Origin: Patescibacteria group bacterium
GTDB taxonomy: Bacteria > Patescibacteriota > Minisyncoccia > Phycocordibacterales > JBBUEZ01
Assembly: GCA_038056715.1 (NCBI GenBank)
Contig: JBBUEZ010000004.1
Coordinates: 1-37,575, forward strand
DNA length: 37,575 bases
Direction of reading: 5' to 3'
Numbering within the stretch: position 1 is the first letter of the stretch; each line of letters starts with the position of its first letter. The position numbers and the translations under genes were made by a program. A model generated the notes under the pieces. It saw nothing but the letters and a program-made list of their open reading frames with translations. It had not been told where the DNA came from and searched no databases. This document shows positions 14,034 through 23,179 of the stretch, in pieces.

Positions 14034-14303
14034 ATGTTGACTAAGAAGAAAAAGGAATCGGTTATCAAGAAGGCGCGGAGGCATGAGAAGGACACGGGGT
14101 CTCCCGAGGTCCAGATTGCTGTGTTGACCAAGCAGATTGACGCGCTTGCTTCGCATTTGAAGAAACACGCGAAGGATCATCACTCCCGCAGAGGACTTCT
14201 GCAGATGGTCGCGGATCGTCGTACCCATCTTTCGTATTTGAAGAAGAAAAACGAAAAACGCTACGGCGAGATCGCGAAAGACCTCGGACTCAAGGCAAAA
14301 TAA
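14034..14303 (+). CDS. rpsO: 30S ribosomal protein S15
   Basis: It carries the S15 signature [14 protein letters not shown]...H.KD.HSRRGLL.MV..RR..L.YL. Confidence 0.95.
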   Translation: MLTKKKKESVIKKARRHEKDTGSPEVQIAVLTKQIDALASHLKKHAKDHHSRRGLLQMVADRRTHLSYLKKKNEKRYGEIAKDLGLKAK

Positions 14304-14345
14304 TTTTATAAGAGGGTATAGGGTAAAGCGTTTAGCGTTTAGGTT

Positions 14346-14384
14346 CAGAAAAACTCTGCGCTATCTCGCGGAGTTTCTGTTTGG
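14346..14384 (+). terminator. Probable rpsO terminator (imperfect hairpin plus T-rich tail)
   Basis: The hairpin is CAGAAAAACTCTGCG-ctatct-CGCGGAGTTTCTG, followed by TTTGG. Confidence 0.45.
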
Positions 14385-14447
14385 TAGAATAACCCTGTGT
14401 GATATGTTACTAAAACCCTACACCCTGTACCCTAACACCTATTTTTT

Positions 14448-14972
14448 ATGTCAGTTATCAAACATCGCCAGCAGCGCGTCGGCGTTTTCATAGACGCGCA
14501 GAACCTCTATCACAGCGCAAAGAACCTCTTCGGCGCAAACGTTAATTTCGGCGCGATATTGAAAGAAGCGGTCGGCGGCAGGCAATTAATCCGCGCGATT
14601 GCGTACGTCATCACGACGGAAACGGGGGAGGAAAAAGGGTTCATTGAAGCGTTGGAAAAATTAGGCATTGAGGCGCGTTCCAAACCGCTCCAAGTATTTT
14701 ACGGCGGCGCAAAAAAAGCCGACTGGGATGTTGGGCTTGCAGTTGATGCAATTCGTCTTGCTCCAAAATTAGATGCGGTCGTGATCGTTTCGGGCGACGG
14801 CGACTTCGTGCCGCTCGTGGAATACTTAAAAACAATGACGCAGGTGGAAGCAATTTCGTTTGGTAAATCAACATCAGGGCGATTGAAAGAAACCGTGGAC
14901 GATTTCATTGACCTCTCCGACAATCCACGTCCGTTTTTGATTGGATATAGAGGAGCGAGGAAAGAGCGGTAA
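14448..14972 (+). CDS. NYN-domain (LabA/DUF88-like) protein
   Basis: Motifs are VGVFIDAQNLYHSA and VIVSGDGDFVPLVEYL, the typical NYN acidic motifs. Confidence 0.8.
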   Translation: MSVIKHRQQRVGVFIDAQNLYHSAKNLFGANVNFGAILKEAVGGRQLIRAIAYVITTETGEEKGFIEALEKLGIEARSKPLQVFYGGAKKADWDVGLAVDAIRLAPKLDAVVIVSGDGDFVPLVEYLKTMTQVEAISFGKSTSGRLKETVDDFIDLSDNPRPFLIGYRGARKER

Positions 14973-14984
14973 TCTTTTTCTTTT

Positions 14985-15575
14985 ATGGTTATTTGCATTT
15001 GGGGCGACAGTATAACTTGGGGCGCGTACGATCCAGAGCAAGGCGGCTGGGCTACTCGCCTGCGAAATCATCTTGGGGCGAAAGATAACAATATTTATGT
15101 CTATAATCTCGGAATTTCCGGCGACACGACAGCCGACTTGCTCGAACGGATTGGGGTGGAAGCAAAATCGCGCGAGCCGAATTTGATAATTTTCGCTATT
15201 GGAATCAATGACGCTCAATTTATTCACTCTGCAAACGGCTTGCGCGTTTCGCTTGATGAATTTCAGCAAAATCTCGCAAAACTTCTTTCTATTGCCAAAA
15301 AATTTACCGACAAAGTTGTTTTTGTTGGTTTAACAAAAGTAGACGAATCAAAAACTACTCCTTGTCCGTGGAATCCCAACAAATCATATACCAACGAAAA
15401 CATTACACGACTAGATAAGGTGATTGAGAAGTTTTGCGAGGACAACAATCTGAAATTCATCCCAATGGGCGGTGTCATTGAAAACAGCGACCTTACTGAT
15501 GGGCTTCACCCAAACACAGGGGGGCATATCAAGATTTTTAAGTGGATAAAATCCGAGGTAGAGTCGCTGTTGTAG
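14985..15575 (+). CDS. SGNH/GDSL-family hydrolase
   Basis: Block I is IWGDSITWG, block II is GISGDTT, block III is GINDA, and block V is DGLHPN. Confidence 0.8.
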   Translation: MVICIWGDSITWGAYDPEQGGWATRLRNHLGAKDNNIYVYNLGISGDTTADLLERIGVEAKSREPNLIIFAIGINDAQFIHSANGLRVSLDEFQQNLAKLLSIAKKFTDKVVFVGLTKVDESKTTPCPWNPNKSYTNENITRLDKVIEKFCEDNNLKFIPMGGVIENSDLTDGLHPNTGGHIKIFKWIKSEVESLL

Positions 15576-15604
15576 TCGTAAATGGGGGGTGTGGTTATAG
15601 ACAC

Positions 15605-15648
15605 AAAAAACCCCCGCGCTCGCCATATGGCGAGCGCGGGGGTTTTTT
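15605..15648. terminator. Bidirectional rho-independent terminator
   Basis: An A-run precedes CCCCCGCGCTCGCC-atat-GGCGAGCGCGGGGG, and a T-run follows. Confidence 0.8.
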
Positions 15649-15713
15649 GTTATAGTGCTTTCATTATTGATAATCCGTTTGCGGGCAAATAGATAGAATT
15701 GGAAATGTGTTAT

Positions 15714-15738
15714 TACTAAACACTCGGTGTTTGGTAAA
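15714..15738. repeat. Second copy of the AAACACTCGGTGTTTGGTA hairpin, just upstream of the pnp -10 box
   Basis: The 19-nt core is identical to 3766-3784. TAGAAT at 15751-15756 follows. Confidence 0.8.
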
Positions 15739-15777
15739 GATGCCCAATCCTAGAATCTGAGCGCAAGCACATGCGCC

Positions 15778-17943
15778 ATGCAAAAGAAAACATTCTCCGT
15801 GACTATCGGGGGACAGGAAATGATAGCAGAATTTAACGACCTTGCGAACCAGACAAACGGTTCGGTTTTGATGCGATCCGGCAACACAGTCATCCTTGCG
15901 ACTGCCGTCATGGGACGAGCCGACCGCGAAGGAATGGATTATTTTCCGCTCACTGTTGACTATGAGGAACGATTTTATGCGGCGGGAGAAATTTTAGGAA
16001 GCAGATTTATGCGCCGCGAAGGACGTCCATCGGAGGACGCGATTCTATCGGGCCGCGTCATAGATCGTACGATCCGTCCGCTTTTTGATGCTCGGCTGCG
16101 CCGCGACGTGCAGGTTGTTATCACCGTGCTTTCCCTTGGAGAAACCGACCCGGATATTCTCGCGGTGAACGCCGCATCGCTCGCGCTTCTCACCTCGGAT
16201 ATTCCCTGGAGCGGTCCTGTGGGCGCGGTGCGTATTATAAAGAAAAACGATGCGTGGACCATCAATCCTTCGTACAAAGAACGCGAGGACGCGGATATTG
16301 AACTCATTGTTTCCGGCAAGGACGGCAAAATAAACATGATAGAGGCGGGTGCAAAAGAAGTATCGGATGATGATATTGTTTTGGGGCTTACGAAAGCAGT
16401 GGAAGAGATTGCGCGTATTGAAGAATTCCAAAAAAAGATCGGCAAGGAAATCGGAAAAGAAAAGATTACAGTCTCGCTTCCGGAAACACCGGAAGAAATG
16501 AAGAAAACATTTGCCGATGAATTCGGTTCGCGCATAAAAAATTCGGTCATGTCCGGAATTCCCGGATGGGAAGGGATGAGCCCGCTCAAAAAAGAGTGGG
16601 AAACGCGCGCGAAAGAATTGTTCCCGGAAGGAGACGCGTTCGCTGAAAGCATTTTTGAGCATGAAGTGAATCGCATTCTCCACGAAGAGGCGGTGGAACG
16701 TTCTGCGCGCGCCGATGGACGCGCGCTTACAGAAGTCCGCTCTCTTTTCGCGCAAGCGGGCGGCATTTCTCCTCTTATTCACGGCACGGGAATCTTTTAT
16801 CGCGGCGGCACGCACGTGTTTTCCGCGCTCACGCTCGGCGGTCCGCGCGATGCGCTTTTGCTTGACGGCATGGAAGTGCAAGAGGGTGAAAAGCGTTTCA
16901 TGCATCACTACAATTTTCCGCCGTTCTCCGGAGGAGAAACAGGGCGCATGGGAGGCACGAATCGCCGCATGATCGGGCACGGCGCTCTTGCTGAACGCGC
17001 GCTCTCGTATGTTCTTCCTGCGAAAGACGATTTCCCGTACACCATCCGCATCGTTTCCGAATCCATGGCTTCAAACGGCTCCACATCCATGGGGGCCGTC
17101 TGTGCAGGAACGCTCGCGCTTATGGATGCCGGAATTCCGATTACACGGCCAGTTGCGGGAATTGCGATGGGACTCATGATGTCCCTCGACTACGCTCGGG
17201 ATAAACGCTACGCGATCTTGACGGACATTCAGGGGCCGGAAGATCATCATGGCGACATGGATCTCAAAGTCGCCGGAACGGAGAGAGGCATTACCGCGAT
17301 CCAGCTTGATATAAAAATTGGCTCCATCCCGGTCGCTGTTTTAAAAGAGGCGCTTGGAAAGGCGAAGGAGGCGCGCCTCCAAATTCTTGAAGCCATACGA
17401 GAGGCGATTCCCGAACCGCGCGCGGAACTGCCCGCATCCGCGCCGAGAATCTTGCGTATGAAAATCCGCGACGACCAGATCGGACTTGTCATCGGCTCGT
17501 CCGGCAAAACGATTAACAAAATTAAAAAAGATACGCTCGTGGAAGAAATTGAAATTGAAGATGACGGCACGATCTACATCTCGGGGAAAAACGGCTCTGC
17601 GGAAAACGCGCGCCAGATCATCACCGACATGACGCGCGAATATAAAGTGGGCGAGCGATTTGACGGGGAAGTGGTGCAGATTTTTGATTTCGGCGCATTG
17701 GTAAAAATAAACACATTCACCGAAGGACTGGTGCATATCTCCGAACTTGCGCCGTTTCGCATTCGCTCCGTGCGCGAAGTCGTGAACATTGGGGACGTGA
17801 TTCCTGTCTCCGTGCGCGAAACAGACGAACAGGGCCGCATCAAATTCTCTCTCAAAGACGCCGACCCGGAATACGCAACGCGAAAGGGGATACAGCCGTC
17901 GGACCAGCCGACGGGAGGAGAGAGGCGCGGATACGGGAGGTGA
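15778..17943 (+). CDS. pnp: Polyribonucleotide nucleotidyltransferase (PNPase)
   Basis: It has two RNase PH domains, a KH domain (IGLVIGSSGKTINKI) and an S1 domain (GEVVQIFDFGALVKI). Confidence 0.95.
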   Translation: MQKKTFSVTIGGQEMIAEFNDLANQTNGSVLMRSGNTVILATAVMGRADREGMDYFPLTVDYEERFYAAGEILGSRFMRREGRPSEDAILSGRVIDRTIRPLFDARLRRDVQVVITVLSLGETDPDILAVNAASLALLTSDIPWSGPVGAVRIIKKNDAWTINPSYKEREDADIELIVSGKDGKINMIEAGAKEVSDDDIVLGLTKAVEEIARIEEFQKKIGKEIGKEKITVSLPETPEEMKKTFADEFGSRIKNSVMSGIPGWEGMSPLKKEWETRAKELFPEGDAFAESIFEHEVNRILHEEAVERSARADGRALTEVRSLFAQAGGISPLIHGTGIFYRGGTHVFSALTLGGPRDALLLDGMEVQEGEKRFMHHYNFPPFSGGETGRMGGTNRRMIGHGALAERALSYVLPAKDDFPYTIRIVSESMASNGSTSMGAVCAGTLALMDAGIPITRPVAGIAMGLMMSLDYARDKRYAILTDIQGPEDHHGDMDLKVAGTERGITAIQLDIKIGSIPVAVLKEALGKAKEARLQILEAIREAIPEPRAELPASAPRILRMKIRDDQIGLVIGSSGKTINKIKKDTLVEEIEIEDDGTIYISGKNGSAENARQIITDMTREYKVGERFDGEVVQIFDFGALVKINTFTEGLVHISELAPFRIRSVREVVNIGDVIPVSVRETDEQGRIKFSLKDADPEYATRKGIQPSDQPTGGERRGYGR

Positions 17944-18080
17944 GTAACCGCGCCGCACAAAAAATAGAAACCGCATGAGACATCGGTCTTTCTAAAAACC
18001 CGCGAGTATCTCGCGGGTTTTTCGTGGCGCCATTCGCACACACTACACCGAAGACCCTTCCTGCTGTTATACTAGAAGAC

Positions 18081-19319
18081 ATGGACAACGCTGGTGATGG
18101 AACAAAAAACGACTCTCAAGGCGGTTTCTCAAAAATCGCGCCTCTTTTTGAAAAGACGGGGGGTACTGCGGACGCGCGCGGCGAACAGAAGTCAAAATCT
18201 CTGGAACACGCTCCGACACTCCCTTCGTCGGAAGATGTCGCGCGGATGACGATGCCTGTGGAAAAGAAGGAAGATCGGATGACCCGCGCGGGGATTATAT
18301 CGGGACGTCAGTCTGCGCCGCTTCCGCGCGATCCGCTGTTTGCGGCGCATGTGCTGGAAGGCGAATCTCGCGGAGGATTTGTACCGATAAAGCAGGAATC
18401 AAAGAAACCGCTTCCGACATTTATCGTTGTTGAAGCGCCCCGAGAAGAAGAAAGCGAAACAAAACGAATCCGAACATTCAGTTCAGATCTTGCGGAAACT
18501 CTGAAAACACAGAAGACCTCCATTGTGCAGATGATACTTGCGGAACATGAAAAAAAGCGCACGATTGCCGAGTCAGTTTCCCCTAAAAACCCGAGGAACG
18601 TCGTTACTATCGTTTTATCGGCTATTCTTGGCATAGGGGGCATCCTAACAATCGGGTTTTCGGTGTGGCGCTATAACGCAAACGAAGAAAAGACCGCGCC
18701 AATACTCGCTCTAGAGATGGCTCCTTCTCTCGTTTTTGCAGAGATAAAAAAAGGCGTTGATATTACTGACTTCACAAAAGAGCAGGTGGTCCGCGCGGCG
18801 GCGGCGGAAGTTGCGGCAACGAGCGCGCGGCTTGATTTCATCGCGCAGATATATTTCACGCGCATCATTCTCGGACGGGCAGCGCCGAATGAGATTCCGG
18901 TTCCGGTTGCGGTCACCGCGCCAGACTTTTTTCGCATGGTATCTCCCGATATGCCCGTCTCGCTCATTCGTGCGCTCTCGCCAGATTTTTTCTTCGGTGT
19001 TCATGTGTTTAATGGCAACCAGCCGTTTATGATTCTCCGCACCGATTACTTTGAAAGCGCGTTTGCGGGAATGCTCAAATGGGAAAACGCGATGGCGCGA
19101 GAGGTGTTGCCGCTGTTCGGAATACAGATAACGCGGGAGGCAAGCACGCGCTCATTTGAAGATCTCGTCATACGAAACCGCGACATTCGGGCCCTGCGCA
19201 ATGAACAGGGAGATATCGTGCTTCTGTATCTTTTCCGAGATAAAAACACCATTATTATCGCAACTGCGGATGAAACGGCGCGCGAAGTGGTGGACCGCTT
19301 GAATCGAACGGGAAATTGA
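18081..19319 (+). CDS. Hypothetical single-pass membrane protein
   Basis: The TM is VVTIVLSAILGIGGILTIGFSVW. The start is set at the ATG at 18081, with TATACT 7 nt upstream. Confidence 0.6.
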   Translation: MDNAGDGTKNDSQGGFSKIAPLFEKTGGTADARGEQKSKSLEHAPTLPSSEDVARMTMPVEKKEDRMTRAGIISGRQSAPLPRDPLFAAHVLEGESRGGFVPIKQESKKPLPTFIVVEAPREEESETKRIRTFSSDLAETLKTQKTSIVQMILAEHEKKRTIAESVSPKNPRNVVTIVLSAILGIGGILTIGFSVWRYNANEEKTAPILALEMAPSLVFAEIKKGVDITDFTKEQVVRAAAAEVAATSARLDFIAQIYFTRIILGRAAPNEIPVPVAVTAPDFFRMVSPDMPVSLIRALSPDFFFGVHVFNGNQPFMILRTDYFESAFAGMLKWENAMAREVLPLFGIQITREASTRSFEDLVIRNRDIRALRNEQGDIVLLYLFRDKNTIIIATADETAREVVDRLNRTGN

Positions 19320-19450
19320 TGAAAGGGAAAATGCAATCGTTCCGTGAGGCATTTTGCGGAGAGTCGCGGCCGCCCCGCGAGAAGAACTCCGGCTCGCGCC
19401 TCTGTCATGCGCCGTTTGCCTCACGAGGGCGTGTTTGCTATCATGTTTTT

Positions 19451-19804
19451 ATGAGTACGGAGAAATACAAAGAAAAACTGCTTGCCGAGAAAAAACGCCT
19501 TGAGAGTGGGCTCTCAAACATTGGCCGTAAAACCGGCGTGCCGGAAGATTGGGAGGCGGTTCCGGAAAACATGAATATCCCGCGCGCGGATGTAAACGAA
19601 ACCGCGGATGAAATGGAAGGGTATGAGACACGTATCGCCACCACGGCAGTCTTAGAAGACCGTCTTGCGGAGATAAATGCCGCGCTCGCGCGCATGGAAA
19701 AAAATACCTATGGGATGTGCGCCGTTTGCGGAAACCCGATTGAAGAAGACCGCCTTGCCGCAAATCCCGCCGCGGCAACATGCAAAACACACATGGGCGC
19801 ATAG
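19451..19804 (+). CDS. DksA/TraR-family C4 zinc-finger protein
   Basis: A coiled-coil N-terminal part precedes the CAVCGNPIEEDRL..ATCKTH zinc finger. TATCAT lies 6 nt before the ATG. Confidence 0.8.
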   Translation: MSTEKYKEKLLAEKKRLESGLSNIGRKTGVPEDWEAVPENMNIPRADVNETADEMEGYETRIATTAVLEDRLAEINAALARMEKNTYGMCAVCGNPIEEDRLAANPAAATCKTHMGA

Positions 19805-19825
19805 CGTTCCTGTGTATTTTGCATG

Positions 19826-19905
19826 TCAAAAGTCCAAAGTCCTTAAAGTCAAAAGTGGGGAAACGCTTTCTTGGACTTTACGGACTTTATAGACTTTCTA
19901 CTTTA
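19826..19905. repeat. Inverted arrays of AAAGTCC / GGACTTT units
   Basis: AAAGTCC AAAGTCC TTAAAGTC AAAAGTG faces GGACTTT ac GGACTTT at AGACTTT ct ACTTT across a 12-nt centre. Confidence 0.8.
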
Positions 19906-19913
19906 CAAACTAC

Positions 19914-21437
19914 ATGAAGATACATTTCGCCAAGGTCCACTCCGCACAGACGACAGGGCTCTCGGCGCGCATTGTGGACGTTGAGACCGACATCACAAAA
20001 AAAACGCTCCACGCATTCTCCATCGTAGGGCTTCCTGACAAGGCGGTAGAAGAAGCGCGCGACCGCGTTTCTTCCGCAATCAAACACGCGGGGTTTAAAT
20101 CTCCCAAATCAAAAAACCAGAAGGTGGTCGTCTCACTTGCGCCCGCCAGCATAAAAAAAGAGGGGCCGACATTTGACGTTGCAATCGCGCTCTCCTATCT
20201 TCTCGCAAACAAAGACATCTCGTTTGACCCGCGCGGCAAGATATTTGTAGGCGAACTCTCGCTTGATGGCGCAGTACGCTCCTCGCGCGGCGTGCTCATC
20301 GCCGCGCGCGATGCGAAACGCGCGGGATATACGGAACTCTTTGTGCCGCGCGAAAACGCGGAGGAAGCCGCGCTCATCCGCGGCATTGCCGTCTTTCCGG
20401 TATCCACGCTTCGCGAACTCATTCTTCACATAACCGGCGTGTCGCCTATTGCGCGTCAAAAAGAAACCGACCCGCGCGTATTTTCATCAGACGCCAAGGA
20501 AACACTAATAGATTTCGCGGATGTGCGCGGACAGGAATCCGCAAAACGCGCGCTTGAGATTGCGGCCGCTGGCGGACACAACATCGCGATGTGGGGACCG
20601 CCCGGCACGGGAAAGACGATGCTTGCGCGCGCTTTTTCCGGCATCCTCCCGCCGCTTTCGTTTGAAGACATTGTGGAAGTCACCGGCATTCATTCCGCCG
20701 CTGGCGTTCTTTCAGAGAGTGCGGTAATACGCGCTCCGTTCCGCTCTCCGCACCACACATCGTCGTATGTTGCCATCGTGGGCGGGGGCGCAACGCCGCG
20801 TCCCGGAGAGATTACACTCGCGCACCGAGGCGTTCTTTTCATGGACGAATTTCCCGAATTTGACGCGCGCGTGATTGAATCGCTGCGCCAGCCGCTGGAA
20901 GACCGGATTGTGACCATCTCGCGCGCGAAGGGCACGGAAGTGTTTCCGGCAAACATTATTTTGATTGCGGCGTTAAACCCCTGTCCGTGCGGCAATCGCG
21001 CATCGGAGAAAACATGCAACTGTTCGCAGGCGTCCCTCCAAAAGTATGCGCGAAAACTCTCCGGCCCCGTGATGGACCGCGTGGATATTTGGGTGTCTGT
21101 CGGACGCGTGGACACCAAACGTCTCTCGCGCGATGAGAAAGCGGAAAAGTCCGAAACGGTGCGCGCTCGCGTGAAGTATGCGCACGATATTCAAAAACAC
21201 CGCCACAAAAAATTAAACGCCGCGCTCTCCGCGCGCGAGATAAGCGCCGCGAAATGGCTCGCGCCGGAGGCGCGCGCGACGCTTGAGCAGGCGGGTGAGC
21301 AAGACCAGATATCCGCGCGCGCGTTTCATAAATTGGTCAAAATCGCGCGCACAATCGCGGATTTGGACGGCAGAGACGCCGTCTCAAAAAACGACGTGAT
21401 GGAAGCGCTCCAGTTCAGACAGAAAATAGTGTTTTGA
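19914..21437 (+). CDS. comM: YifB/ComM-family Mg-chelatase-like AAA+ ATPase
   Basis: It has an N-terminal Lon-protease-like domain, Walker A GPPGTGKT, Walker B LFMDEFPEF and a C-terminal ChlI-like helix bundle. Confidence 0.9.
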   Translation: MKIHFAKVHSAQTTGLSARIVDVETDITKKTLHAFSIVGLPDKAVEEARDRVSSAIKHAGFKSPKSKNQKVVVSLAPASIKKEGPTFDVAIALSYLLANKDISFDPRGKIFVGELSLDGAVRSSRGVLIAARDAKRAGYTELFVPRENAEEAALIRGIAVFPVSTLRELILHITGVSPIARQKETDPRVFSSDAKETLIDFADVRGQESAKRALEIAAAGGHNIAMWGPPGTGKTMLARAFSGILPPLSFEDIVEVTGIHSAAGVLSESAVIRAPFRSPHHTSSYVAIVGGGATPRPGEITLAHRGVLFMDEFPEFDARVIESLRQPLEDRIVTISRAKGTEVFPANIILIAALNPCPCGNRASEKTCNCSQASLQKYARKLSGPVMDRVDIWVSVGRVDTKRLSRDEKAEKSETVRARVKYAHDIQKHRHKKLNAALSAREISAAKWLAPEARATLEQAGEQDQISARAFHKLVKIARTIADLDGRDAVSKNDVMEALQFRQKIVF

Positions 21438-21470
21438 ATTTTGAGGAGTTTTAACCGCTTTCGGGTAAGA

Positions 21471-21523
21471 AAAACCGCCCAGTGAGATAGCCGTTCTCGG
21501 CGCTATCTCACTGGGCGGTTTTT
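21471..21523. terminator. Bidirectional rho-independent terminator (17-bp stem)
   Basis: AAAA-CCGCCCAGTGAGATAGC..GCTATCTCACTGGGCGG-TTTTT. Confidence 0.8.
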
Positions 21524-21637
21524 CGCTGTGTTCAGTCGCTGGAATATTATCTAGGCCCTTCTCCTTCATATGAAGAGAGAGGGTGTATGGCACGATGCTC
21601 TTTCTTCACCTATACCCTACACCCTATCCCCTAAACG

Positions 21638-21756
21638 CTAGAATGGGTTCTTTGCCCCTAAACCGTCTTACGGTCGGGCGAAACCCCTAGAATGGGTTCT
21701 TAGCCCCTAAACCGTCTTACGGTCGGGCGAAACCCCTAGAAGGGGTTTTTAGCCCC
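21638..21756. repeat. 49-bp tandem repeat reiterating the last 7 codons of the M23 peptidase gene
   Basis: The 21-nt blocks start at 21638, 21687 and 21736. On the minus strand they all read GAKNPF*, using different synonymous codons. Confidence 0.85.
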
Positions 21757-22935
21757 GCGAACTTCAAAGTGAAGGTGCGCTCCTGTTGAGCGTCCCGTAT
21801 TACCCACATATCCAATCAACTGCCTCTGCACGACCGACTGCCCCACAAACGCGACTGCTTGACTCATGTGCGCATAAAGCGTCTGTGTGCCGTTTGCATG
21901 TTTGATCACGACATATTGGCCATACCCGCCATTCCATCCGTAGTTGCGGGCAATAATAACTTCTCCCGCCGCCGCCGCGTAAATAGGAGTGCCTGTCGGT
22001 GCGCCTATATCAACGCCGTTGTATCCGTGGACACCCTGTGTCTTATGTCCTGCGCCGGCAAGCGGATACGCGTAATATCCGCCGTATGAAGGAAGGTTCG
22101 TCTTTACGCGCGCGGACCCTCCCGCCGTCGGTACAACAGGTGTGATGATCTCTCCGTTAGGAACCACAATAACATCGCCAATGGCAAGCGCCGCGTTCTC
22201 CGAAAGCACGTTGTAGAGAACGATCTCATCAATATTGCCCTTGTACTTTTTCGCAATGCTTGCGAGCGTATCTCCTTTCACGACTGTGTGCTGAATGCCG
22301 GAAACAGGAAGTATCACGAGCGTTTCTCCCTCTCTGAGTGTTGACCCTCTTTTCAGATCGTTCGCCCAGAGAATCGTGTTAGCGGAAACGTCAAACATTT
22401 TCGCAATGGACGAAACCGTATCGCCTTTGCGCACCACATAGGTACTGATCTCTGTTCCCTGCACATCCTCAATATCGGCAATCGTGCCCGACGGGCCGGC
22501 ATCCGGAAGAAGTGCAACGCCGCCGACAACCGTAATATCGCCGCCGCCCTTCGCAGGGTTCGGGTCTATATGCGTTGCGGGCGCTAAAAGCCCCATGGTC
22601 TGCGAATTGACCGGTTGTATCTCGGCAGGGATACCCGCCTGACTGCCGAAAAGCCCGCCTACAAAAGACAAAATTCCCGCGTGGGCGTTGGCCGGCTGGA
22701 ATACAAAAGAAACGACAAGTAAAACGCCAAAAACAGACATCCCCGTGGCGGGAAGCGCTTTTTCCACAATCTTATGTATCCGGCGCCAAGAAAAAAGAGA
22801 AAGGCCGGATCTTGTATGATGAGATAAAATAAGCCTAATATAAGGTCGTTCCACCGTCCGGTATGGCTTTTTGCGGCTTAACAGCAATGTTTTTGAACAG
22901 ACCGTATGCCACGCAAAGCGCTTCTCCCTTACCAT
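21736..22935 (-). CDS. LysM-domain M23-family metallopeptidase (cell-wall hydrolase)
   Basis: It has two LysM repeats (YVVRKGDTVSSIAKMF and HTVVKGDTLASIAKKY). The M23 motifs are HxGVD and GNTGRSTGAHLHFEV. The exact start is uncertain. Confidence 0.85.
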   Translation of the reverse strand: MVREKRFAWHTVCSKTLLLSRKKPYRTVERPYIRLILSHHTRSGLSLFSWRRIHKIVEKALPATGMSVFGVLLVVSFVFQPANAHAGILSFVGGLFGSQAGIPAEIQPVNSQTMGLLAPATHIDPNPAKGGGDITVVGGVALLPDAGPSGTIADIEDVQGTEISTYVVRKGDTVSSIAKMFDVSANTILWANDLKRGSTLREGETLVILPVSGIQHTVVKGDTLASIAKKYKGNIDEIVLYNVLSENAALAIGDVIVVPNGEIITPVVPTAGGSARVKTNLPSYGGYYAYPLAGAGHKTQGVHGYNGVDIGAPTGTPIYAAAAGEVIIARNYGWNGGYGQYVVIKHANGTQTLYAHMSQAVAFVGQSVVQRQLIGYVGNTGRSTGAHLHFEVRGAKNPF

Positions 22936-23115
22936 CAAATCTGCCGTTACCCATTACTCTAGCCCCATTAGGGCTTTAGGTCAACGGGGGATGGGGATAA
23001 CCCCCACATAGTGTTTTTCCCACCCAAAAACAGTTGGAAAATTTCTTTGTGTTATATAACTGGGTACAATATAACATCGTCGCTCCTTGACCGTTCCGTT
23101 ACGGACTAGGTCGGA

Positions 23116-23151
23116 CGGAGTGAGAACGAGAAGAAAAGTGTTCTCACTCCG
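23116..23151. repeat. 12-bp-stem hairpin in the helicase upstream region
   Basis: CGGAGTGAGAAC-gagaagaaaagt-GTTCTCACTCCG shares the GAGAAC unit with 13638-13702. Confidence 0.75.
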
Positions 23152-23179
23152 CTCCTCGCTATATGTTATAGTAATCGCC

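Noticed and set aside
13719-14228. 169-aa minus-strand ORF.
   Set aside because: It is antisense to rpsO and to the possible small plus-strand ORF, and its composition is not protein-like.
15975-16980. Long antisense ORFs (263 and 311 aa) inside pnp.
   Set aside because: They lie opposite a highly conserved PNPase frame and have Arg/Ser-rich low-complexity translations, typical of antisense artefacts. The same applies to the antisense ORFs within cca, comM, the helicase and rsmA.
21638-21756. Possible CRISPR array. This was also considered for the heptamer arrays and the 21-bp repeat at 37500.
   Set aside because: The spacers between the repeats are identical, not unique. The units are too short or are translated in frame, and no cas genes are present.
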